DNA of 63,711 bases, counting the filler, from Barthelona sp. PAP020 (Eukaryota), in NCBI GenBank assembly GCA_040182905.1. It is 2 parts of 2 records of this genome, joined end to end, with 100 filler letters (N's around TTAATTAATTAA, not from the genome) between each part and the next. Parts side by side here need not be neighbours in the genome. Positions count along the whole stretch, not along the records: positions 1 to 31,991 come from JARQWU010000105.1; 1 more part is not named here. One strand, written 5' to 3'. Below the pieces are notes generated by a model. The model did not search any database and had not been told where the DNA came from. It was given only the letters and a program-made list of their open reading frames with translations. The first letter of the stretch is position 1; each line of letters starts with the position of its first letter. Below are positions 20,358 through 28,918 of this stretch, piece by piece. The position numbers and the translations under genes are program-made.

Positions 20358-21269
20358 TCAACCAACATTGCTCTTTTGTTCAACAATTAGCTCGGGCAAA
20401 TTCACTAAATCATTCATATTATCAAAAGGACAACCATAAGGACTTGGTTCCCAAATATCATCTCCCGGTAGAGCCCATAGATATCGGTCATTTTTAAAAA
20501 GTAACTTTTGTTTGAATTTAAAGGTAAAAGCAGTGTGTAAAAGCCTTAATTCATCAATCTTTGATATGTAAATATCCGGTCTGTGAGATTTCAACTGAGA
20601 AACATATTCATCAAACTCTCGATGTGACTCAAACCTTTGCTTTTCATTGTTAGTCTTGGTCAATTCAACGAAAAAGTCATCATCAGCCAGTAACATCGAA
20701 TTTTGAATCGATTCTACGATGTCAAAAAATACAGATGGACTCATCCTAAGTGGTATCCTCAATTGCCTAAATATCGATAACGAAAAATCAATTAAAGACT
20801 TGATGTTGATATTAAAATCCCGATTGAAACGAGCAATAATATCACATATCGCTCTTAATTCCGGATTAAACTGTTCTTCATTCTTCCAAACTTTTAAAAC
20901 ACATTCAAACAACAAATCTTCTGGAAATATCTTATACAGAAAAACAATGGATTCATCAGTCCATGTGAAAAAGATATCATTCATACAAAACCCTTTCACA
21001 TTATTTTTGAATTTTTCAGGAATCGATATATTTTTAGTGCAATCAACTATAACATAACTTATTTTATATTGTGGATCTTCTGACGATTTGAATAAGTGAA
21101 ATAATATCTTAGGATCAGTAAAAAGTCTAAGCACTTGTTCATACAATATCATTTGTTCTTCCCAATTTTGTGTTGAAACATCGTTAACTCTGAATAAATT
21201 ATAATATCTCATCAATATTTCGTTATTCTTTGGCCTATTAATCCCGCCATGCGATGCTTGTGGTCCCAT
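20358..21269 (-). CDS. Orphan protein, paralog B (MGPQAS...DRYLWALPGDDIWEPSPYGCP)
   Basis: Full-length alignment with 297-1217, roughly half of residues identical by eye; ATG at 21269. Confidence 0.85.
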   Translation of the reverse strand: MGPQASHGGINRPKNNEILMRYYNLFRVNDVSTQNWEEQMILYEQVLRLFTDPKILFHLFKSSEDPQYKISYVIVDCTKNISIPEKFKNNVKGFCMNDIFFTWTDESIVFLYKIFPEDLLFECVLKVWKNEEQFNPELRAICDIIARFNRDFNINIKSLIDFSLSIFRQLRIPLRMSPSVFFDIVESIQNSMLLADDDFFVELTKTNNEKQRFESHREFDEYVSQLKSHRPDIYISKIDELRLLHTAFTFKFKQKLLFKNDRYLWALPGDDIWEPSPYGCPFDNMNDLVNLPELIVEQKSNVG

Positions 21270-21350
21270 ACACAAATTAATTCAATGCAAAAAATAAAAA
21301 GGATAAAACTTTTGTTTTTGTTTCTTTCTCAATTTATTCATTTTCGAATC

Positions 21351-23603
21351 ATGTATATTGAAAGATCTGCCAATATTAAAGATGATTTATCTGAATTTCA
21401 GAAAAAATTAACTTTAGGTCAAAAAGACCCTAATGTTGCAATCAGTATTTTGACTTCACTGGTTACTCAGATGTCAATGGGTGTTGATTTATCTGGTTTG
21501 TTTTTCGATGTTTCCATATACACACTCAGTAATAATTTGGTGATTAAAAAATTGGCTTATCTATTTTTGATACGATATGCCCCTTCTAACGATGAAAGGA
21601 GCATTATGGTTTTGCAATCTTTAATGGCTGATGCAAAAGACCCTGATCCTTCTATTAGAGGCTTAGCTATTCGTTCTTTAACTTCCCTTCAAACTAAGTC
21701 AACAATATCTGAAATTCCTCAACACCTAGTGACGGCTTTGGAGGACTCCTCTTATTATGTGCGTCGTACTGCAATTTTTGGAGCAGTAAAATTATTTCAT
21801 TATGCGCCTCATTTATTTGAAGAGTATGGTTTTAATGACCGACTTAAGAAGTTGTTAGATGATTCTTCAGCAAAAGTTTGTCTTTCTGCTTTACTGGCTC
21901 AATTTGAAATTGGAAATGAGGTTAGTTTTAAAACAATTTTCGGAGTCCTTGAGAATTCTGATCATTTATCTGATTATCAAACAAGCATTGTCATCAAATT
22001 ATTGGGAAAGATAACTCCCACTGAGGATAATTTGGCGAATATGCTCCAACACATTGAATCGTATTTGGTCTCTTCAAACCCTTCCATTATTGGAGCTGCA
22101 TGTGAAAGCTTGGTTAACTTGACACAATACATTCCCAATAGTGACATTAAAGAACAAGTGTTTGAAAGAATTACCAAACCATTATTGATATTTGTTGAAC
22201 ACAAAACTTTCTCTCCTGAAATTCAATATATTTCAGTTAAAACATTGTTGACTTTGGCAAATTCATCATTATTAGTAAAAATTCTTTTGGCTGAGCGTCC
22301 TGAGGCCTTTTTGCCCAGTATTGGAGATTTACCTTGTTTGATTGAAGCAAAGTTAAAGCTTTTAATTATTATTGCTGATGAAAAGTGGGCTTGGAAAGTA
22401 TTGAGTGAGATTTTGAAATTTGCTTTTGACAGAAATGTTCGTTTAGCTTGTAGTGTTGTTGAATTGGTTCCTGATTTAGTTCTTACATATCCTACTATGA
22501 TTAAATCAACTTCTATTCGTTTGATTCATTTATTGGCTTCAAAACATCCAAAAATACATGGAATTGTGTTGACCACATTGAGCAGATTATATGTTATTGA
22601 TTCAAATGCATTTGATACTGAGGTTATTTCTTCTATTGGTAAGTTCTTGTACAAATTTGTTCCTGTAAGCGTACATGATACTGATCCAGCTTTGCTACAT
22701 GGATATGACCTATTATTTCAAGCAGTTTTAAAAATTACTTGTCTATTAAGTAAAAAAGTGAATCCATTAAAAATTTATAAACCATTTGTTGATATGTTTT
22801 ATGAATTACCAGCGCATACACAAATCTTTTTGGTTCGCTTTTCTCCTCATATATTTTTTGCTTCAACCAATAACACCATTGAAATATTTAACCAAATCTT
22901 AAAGTTAGGCCAGCAATCTGAGAATCCTGACGTTTCAGTGGAAGTTTCCTCCATAATTAGGCATTTGAGTAAAGGTGTTGAACATTTTCACAGTATTACA
23001 ACTGGAACTCTTCAGTCATTGACTATTCTGGGTAATAAGGCCGAAAGTGAAAGATTGAGCCATCTGTTAAATTCTTTGGACAGTTTATCAATAATCTATG
23101 GTATTAAAGCTGAAGAATTAATTTTGAAACCTAAATCATTATCATTATTTTCTGAAGACGAGATGATAAAACAACACTCAGAACTGTTTCAAGTTGAGAC
23201 AAATGAACCTTTCATTGAAGAAAAGATTCAATCTGAAACAACAAATCTTCTAGATTTGTTTGATACCGTTAATGATACGGATCAATTTGTTAGTTCTCAA
23301 TCCAATGAAAATGATATCCCTGTTATTCAACCTTACGAGATTGATCCCAATCAATTTCAACAACTTTGGAGTTCTGATTTGCCAACCATTGAGATTCACA
23401 TGCAAACTGATGAACTTCCAACAAATTTTAATATTTTAGCCTCAGGTGGAAATAATGATCTTATTCGTGGATTTGGAACAGGTGTTTACAATGAACAGTT
23501 AGTTTTAGCAGAATTTACTCTTGAAAACAGACAGAATCTTCAGTGTGTATTGAAATCAATGGATGAACAGGTTTTATTCAACTTGAGAAATGGTTTTAAA
23601 TAA
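21351..23603 (+). CDS. Beta-adaptin (AP complex beta subunit, most like AP-4 beta)
   Basis: MGVDLSGLF, IKKLAYLFL, DPDPSIRGLAIRSL, D..YYVRRTA adaptin trunk motifs; short appendage with IDPNQFQQLWS; ATG at 21351. Confidence 0.88.
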   Translation: MYIERSANIKDDLSEFQKKLTLGQKDPNVAISILTSLVTQMSMGVDLSGLFFDVSIYTLSNNLVIKKLAYLFLIRYAPSNDERSIMVLQSLMADAKDPDPSIRGLAIRSLTSLQTKSTISEIPQHLVTALEDSSYYVRRTAIFGAVKLFHYAPHLFEEYGFNDRLKKLLDDSSAKVCLSALLAQFEIGNEVSFKTIFGVLENSDHLSDYQTSIVIKLLGKITPTEDNLANMLQHIESYLVSSNPSIIGAACESLVNLTQYIPNSDIKEQVFERITKPLLIFVEHKTFSPEIQYISVKTLLTLANSSLLVKILLAERPEAFLPSIGDLPCLIEAKLKLLIIIADEKWAWKVLSEILKFAFDRNVRLACSVVELVPDLVLTYPTMIKSTSIRLIHLLASKHPKIHGIVLTTLSRLYVIDSNAFDTEVISSIGKFLYKFVPVSVHDTDPALLHGYDLLFQAVLKITCLLSKKVNPLKIYKPFVDMFYELPAHTQIFLVRFSPHIFFASTNNTIEIFNQILKLGQQSENPDVSVEVSSIIRHLSKGVEHFHSITTGTLQSLTILGNKAESERLSHLLNSLDSLSIIYGIKAEELILKPKSLSLFSEDEMIKQHSELFQVETNEPFIEEKIQSETTNLLDLFDTVNDTDQFVSSQSNENDIPVIQPYEIDPNQFQQLWSSDLPTIEIHMQTDELPTNFNILASGGNNDLIRGFGTGVYNEQLVLAEFTLENRQNLQCVLKSMDEQVLFNLRNGFK

Positions 23604-23953
23604 TTTGTAAACATTTATTTTTTTGTTTTCGTTACTTTTTCCAACACTATGTGAAAAATACACCCTTTATTGTTAGATGCAGAATAGAGCTCCTCTCTTC
23701 ACTACAATCAAAGCAATTAGGGTCATAATTCAAAAAGTTGTCATGTTTTATTATTAGCAATTAAAAACTACGTTAAATGGAGTTTAAATCTTTAATTGAT
23801 AACTAAAAGGATTTGAAACATAACAAACTATTGCAATTTTCAAAACAAACAAACAAACAAAACAACCCCATTTTACAACAAAAGAAAATATAAAAATATG
23901 TACAAAACAAATCTTTTCAAAAAATTTAACAAGAAAAAAAACCAAAGATGATG

Positions 23954-25567
23954 TTATCTAAACACTTTAACACATCCTGCTCGATCTCCTGCCAACAGCG
24001 TGCGACTATTTGAACAATAACCGACTGCAGATATGGGAGAATCACTGCAATTATAACATGCAACTTCTTCACCTTTTTTCAAATCAACAACATGTGTTTT
24101 TCCAGTTGAATCTCCAATAGCGTAAAAATGTCTTTTAAACACAGTTCCATTAGCATAATCAAGTAAAGAAAAATTTGGAATACAGATTCTTTTCACAACT
24201 TGAAAATTTCTCAAATCTAAGACGTTAATGATGGAATCTGACCCAACAGATACAACTCGATCAGAATCATAGAAACACACATCTGCAACATGATATCCAT
24301 GTAAAGACTCATTTGCTTTTGGTTCTCTCACAATCTGATTTGTTCTCAGATCAATGGATCGTAAATTACCATCTTGATGTCCTGATATACATAACAAACC
24401 ATCTCCACTTATAGCTAAACAATTTGTGCTTGAGGCAATAAATAAATTACTAATTGCTCTCATCTTTGTTACATCCCATAATTTTAGAGTTCTATCATGT
24501 GATGCACTAACTACATTTCTATTTGAATAGAAATCACAACAATAAATCCGCTTGGTATGTCCAGTTAATGAACCCACAACTTGTTTCTGATTAGCATTGA
24601 ATACTTTCAGACTTCCCGAACTAGTCCCACAAACAGCCATTGACCCGTCATTAGAGAATGCAGTAGATAATATATCGTCATTTCCGCAATTAATTTGCCT
24701 CAATAATTGCCCATTCGATGTGCTAAAAAAACACACGTTACCATCAGAACCACCAGAAAGACCCACTTGCTGTGTATTCGAAGTTTTTAAGCTGTGCAAC
24801 TCTCCATTATGTAAACATACCTCAAATTCCTTCGTAAAATCTATTTTCTCTGCTGAAGGATTCAAAAAAGTATCTAAAAGCTCTCTTTCTTCACTTGACA
24901 ATCTCATAATACCAGCAGTCAATTGCTCTTGCGTATAACTCTTTTTACAATTGTCATATAGTTGTTGGAACATGTTTAACTTTGCCATAGTATTCTCCTG
25001 TTCGGTTCTAATCTGTGCAAACAAAATTTCATTATCTTTATTTAACTCCATAATTGAAGCATCCTTTTCCAACAAACTCGCAACCAAATTTTTGTTCGTA
25101 TTTACAATAATGATCTTTTCTGCTTCCAATTCGGCATGTTTAACATTCATTTCTTCCTTAAAGTTATTCAAAATACTATTTTCTTCCATTAAACTGTCAC
25201 ATAAAATCGTCTTCTCATGAAGCTGCTTTGAAACTCTGGCTAATTCATCGCCAACATCCGACCTCATCTTATACGCATTTGAAACTTCTGTTTGTAATTT
25301 CAAAACCTTTGCATTCAATTCATTTATCTTTTCCAAACTTAGAGGACTAACATTTTGTTTGTTTGTTTCTTCTTCAAACACAATTAACCTTTTTTCTAAT
25401 AATTCTAATGATTGCAATTCCTTCTTTATGACCTCATCTTTCACTTTCATTTCACGATTGGACTTTTCAATAATCTTCAATTGCTCTTCATAGCAATTGT
25501 AAATATCTTCAAAATACACATACATCTGCTCATTTCTTTTTTTTATCGATAGATATAATGAATTCAT
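23954..25567 (-). CDS. ATG16L: ATG16L-like autophagy protein (coiled coil + WD40)
   Basis: N-terminal ATG16-type coiled coil followed by WD40 repeats with SASHDRTLKLWD and SGHQDGNLRSIDLR. Confidence 0.78.
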   Translation of the reverse strand: MNSLYLSIKKRNEQMYVYFEDIYNCYEEQLKIIEKSNREMKVKDEVIKKELQSLELLEKRLIVFEEETNKQNVSPLSLEKINELNAKVLKLQTEVSNAYKMRSDVGDELARVSKQLHEKTILCDSLMEENSILNNFKEEMNVKHAELEAEKIIIVNTNKNLVASLLEKDASIMELNKDNEILFAQIRTEQENTMAKLNMFQQLYDNCKKSYTQEQLTAGIMRLSSEERELLDTFLNPSAEKIDFTKEFEVCLHNGELHSLKTSNTQQVGLSGGSDGNVCFFSTSNGQLLRQINCGNDDILSTAFSNDGSMAVCGTSSGSLKVFNANQKQVVGSLTGHTKRIYCCDFYSNRNVVSASHDRTLKLWDVTKMRAISNLFIASSTNCLAISGDGLLCISGHQDGNLRSIDLRTNQIVREPKANESLHGYHVADVCFYDSDRVVSVGSDSIINVLDLRNFQVVKRICIPNFSLLDYANGTVFKRHFYAIGDSTGKTHVVDLKKGEEVACYNCSDSPISAVGYCSNSRTLLAGDRAGCVKVFR

Positions 25568-25603
25568 TTCTCAACAAAAAAAAAAAAATATATGTAAGAA
25601 CAT

Positions 25604-27406
25604 TTATTTACATTTTGAGGGTAATTGTTTCACAATTTCATCTAATTTATCCCTAATTTCCATATTTGTTTGTACAGCATCAGAATCCGAATTGTCTATT
25701 TTTTCCATCATTGACAATAATGCCTTTCTCAAAGTAATAATCCTTTCATCAGTTTCAAATTGAATTTCTACCTGATGATTTTGCAATTTTTTATGTAACT
25801 CAGCTGAAGTAATTCTATCTTGTGGATTTATCTTTGTCATCTCTTCAATTAACGGTACCAAAAAAGGATATAATTCCCTGGTTTCATCTGGAATTATACC
25901 TTCACGAAATCTTCTCATAATATCAACTTTGTGAGAATATGTTTCAAATCTATACATACATAAATACAATGTTATTGCAAAAGAATATATATCTGATTGT
26001 TTAGTGACTGGTTTTCCTTCTAAAACTTCAGGAGCAAAAAAAAATTGAGTGCCTGTGGTTGTAGTGCTGTTAATTTCATACAAATCTCGAATTTTTGCCA
26101 CATCAACCAAACCATGCAATTTGTCATCATATATTTTCGACGATGTATATCTAGAAAGTCCAAAATCTCCTAATACAGCTCGTAAATGCGTTCCATCAAT
26201 ACCATAATTTTGGTCTATCAGATCATAATCAGATTTTAAAAAAATATTACCGGGTTTAATGTCTCTATGAGCAATACCTTTACTATGTAAGAACACCAAA
26301 GCATTGGTGATTTGTTTCATCAGGTGAATGATTGAAGTTTCAGACAATGGTGCATTTTTCTCAATGTATTGATCCAAAGAATGGTCTGCATAGTAACGCA
26401 TTTGAATATACATGCAATATTTTGATCCATTAATTTGCTGTTGAAATTTTTTCATAACAGATCCATTGCTTTCTAATCTATCCTCAATATACGTGTTTGT
26501 ATTGGTTTGGGGTTCAATTTGCTGTGAATAGTGATAACTATCATCTAATACAAACACACCCGATTGATAACCTGATTTTTTATAACCAAATTCTTGAGAT
26601 AAAGGCATTCTATTGAGTTTACATTTTGGATTTGAATCATCAATTTCTTCGATATCAATAGAATCATCCAACTCATAAACATTTGCCAAATTTTCACAAT
26701 TTCGTTTTCCATAAACATTATGAGACGTATTTGTTGAATATTCCGATTGGGATTTAAAATCATTTTCCGAATAAAAACTTTCATTTTCAAAAGTTTGACT
26801 GTTAGTATCCTCTGAATCAGAGCCTTCTACGCTGCTGATTGAAGGCCCATCCAAATCAAACTCATCATTTGAATCATGCATAAATTGAATTCTTATTGAA
26901 TCACTGTCATTTCTACGCACTAGACTTTGAGTAGAAATATTAAACGTTCCATCATCAACACATTTCTCCATCCACGCTGCATAGTATTGGACAATATGCG
27001 GATGCTCGCAAGATGACAATATTTTTACTTCTCTCAAAACATCCAAAAACTCACTTTCAGAAAAAAAATTAAAAAAATTACCCATTTCACGGTTGTATAT
27101 AGAAAAATCTATTTTTTTAATTGCATAATCCCGTCCATCTAATTTATGTTTGGCTAAAAATACTGATGCGAATCCACCTTTCCCAATTTTTTTTAAGACG
27201 GTAAATTCTCTTTTAAATCGTGAATTTTTAGAAGTATCATAATTAGAAAAGTTATTATTCTTTCCAAAATCAAGAATTGCAGCATTTAAAGCTTTAACAT
27301 TGGAATAAACAACGCTATCGATGGGAAAATTATATGACTCTAGACCACTGGAGTCTAAATCTTGAATATCAGAATTGGAATCTTTTCGAGATTCTACAAA
27401 TGACAT
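25604..27406 (-). CDS. eIF2-alpha kinase family (PEK) protein kinase
   Basis: SRFKREF..LKKIGKGGFASV...HKLDGRDYAIKKI, long kinase insert, YIQM, HRDIKPGN, GDFGL. Confidence 0.88.
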   Translation of the reverse strand: MSFVESRKDSNSDIQDLDSSGLESYNFPIDSVVYSNVKALNAAILDFGKNNNFSNYDTSKNSRFKREFTVLKKIGKGGFASVFLAKHKLDGRDYAIKKIDFSIYNREMGNFFNFFSESEFLDVLREVKILSSCEHPHIVQYYAAWMEKCVDDGTFNISTQSLVRRNDSDSIRIQFMHDSNDEFDLDGPSISSVEGSDSEDTNSQTFENESFYSENDFKSQSEYSTNTSHNVYGKRNCENLANVYELDDSIDIEEIDDSNPKCKLNRMPLSQEFGYKKSGYQSGVFVLDDSYHYSQQIEPQTNTNTYIEDRLESNGSVMKKFQQQINGSKYCMYIQMRYYADHSLDQYIEKNAPLSETSIIHLMKQITNALVFLHSKGIAHRDIKPGNIFLKSDYDLIDQNYGIDGTHLRAVLGDFGLSRYTSSKIYDDKLHGLVDVAKIRDLYEINSTTTTGTQFFFAPEVLEGKPVTKQSDIYSFAITLYLCMYRFETYSHKVDIMRRFREGIIPDETRELYPFLVPLIEEMTKINPQDRITSAELHKKLQNHQVEIQFETDERIITLRKALLSMMEKIDNSDSDAVQTNMEIRDKLDEIVKQLPSKCK

Positions 27407-27526
27407 AAATCAATTGATTTGGAAGGAGATTTTTTTTTTTTTTTCAATCTTTTCTAACCCCTCATTTTATAAACTTTTTTTTTGTGAAGAATTATATAAA
27501 AAAACAAAGAATAAAATGGAAATTGG

Positions 27527-28765
27527 TCATTTATAAATCATGATATCAACATTGTCAAGAAACCAGCGTAAGGCTGATTGATCTCCCTGTTTTAACAAAT
27601 TAAAAATACGCTCTTCATCATGCTCTCTTAATGCTGGAAGAAAATTTTTATTTCCCAACAATAATGAAATGGGCTCAACTTCAAAATTGTACTCATATCC
27701 AGGTTCCTTGTATTCAGCTTTAGAAAAAAATAAGTATAAAACACCCAAATTATACATGTTGATCTTATCAATATTTTCATAATCTCTGACATGGAACATG
27801 AGACCTTTACAATGTTCATCAAAATGTTTGTTAAATGTGGGAACAAAATGACGTGGATGAATAATTAAATAATCATTGAGATCAACTCCACATAATTCTT
27901 TGTATGCATTCATCAGGTCAATTCGCAATTTTTCAGGATTTTCTTTAGGACAACCAATCAATGTGAACGGTGTTGTTGTACCTCTTCCTTCACTTAAAGT
28001 GGTACCTTCCACATGAACAAACGCAGGATAAAATATACAAGAGTCAATGGTTGGAAGATTTGGAGAAGGTGGGGAATAAAGCAAAGATTTCTTGATTTCC
28101 TCAATTGAAGTAGAACGTTTAAGACCTTGTACTTCAATCACTTTGGGTTTCTTTAAACAAAAATGTTTTGAAAAAAAGTATCCTAATTCACCCATACTTA
28201 ATCCATGTCTTAACGTAAGAGGAGCAACGCCAATGAATGACTCACAATTGTCATCTAAAACACATCCTTCACAACGTCTTAAGATTCCATTGTCATCAAT
28301 GTATCCCAATCCAATGGGATTAATACGATCTAAAATAATTAACTTGATGTCTCTATCATTAATAGCTTGCATCACATACAATAAAGTGGACAAATAAGTG
28401 TAAACTCTAGTGGAAACATCTACTAAATCAAAAATAATAGTATCTAAATCATTTAAATGCTCTGGCAATGGTTTACGTGTGTCAGAGTATAATGATATTA
28501 ATGGAATATGAATGTCATCTAAATCAAAATAAGAATCTGGTGATTCAATCATATTGTCTTGCTTTAATTGAAAAAATCCATGCTGAGGACCAAAAACACG
28601 CACTAATTCGGATTCAGCATCATTCTTTAAAATATCATTCACAACATGAACAACTAATTTTCCTTCCTTGTTGAGACTCGCTTGATTTCCAATTATTGCA
28701 ACTCTTCCCAAGCCAGTTCCCAATAAATTGGGTTCAACACTAATGACGTCAATGCCAGATAACAT
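27527..28765 (-). CDS. namZ: NamZ/YbbC (DUF1343) exo-beta-N-acetylmuramidase-like protein, bacterial type
   Basis: FGPQHG, SLY, D..D...RVYTY, LDRINPIG, RHGLSMGEL, PPSPNLPT, EGTTLSEGRGTTTPF, FVPTFNKH signature motifs. Confidence 0.88.
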   Translation of the reverse strand: MLSGIDVISVEPNLLGTGLGRVAIIGNQASLNKEGKLVVHVVNDILKNDAESELVRVFGPQHGFFQLKQDNMIESPDSYFDLDDIHIPLISLYSDTRKPLPEHLNDLDTIIFDLVDVSTRVYTYLSTLLYVMQAINDRDIKLIILDRINPIGLGYIDDNGILRRCEGCVLDDNCESFIGVAPLTLRHGLSMGELGYFFSKHFCLKKPKVIEVQGLKRSTSIEEIKKSLLYSPPSPNLPTIDSCIFYPAFVHVEGTTLSEGRGTTTPFTLIGCPKENPEKLRIDLMNAYKELCGVDLNDYLIIHPRHFVPTFNKHFDEHCKGLMFHVRDYENIDKINMYNLGVLYLFFSKAEYKEPGYEYNFEVEPISLLLGNKNFLPALREHDEERIFNLLKQGDQSALRWFLDNVDIMIYK

Positions 28766-28918
28766 AAATTCAAATTATAGAGCAAATGATTGTTTGATTT
28801 GGTAAGACCAAAATTAAACTTCACAAGAATTCAATATTTATCATCAAAAAATTGGAACAAATAAAACAAAATAAAAATTGTACATTATTTACCAAATAGC
28901 ATTCAAAAGAATTTTCAA

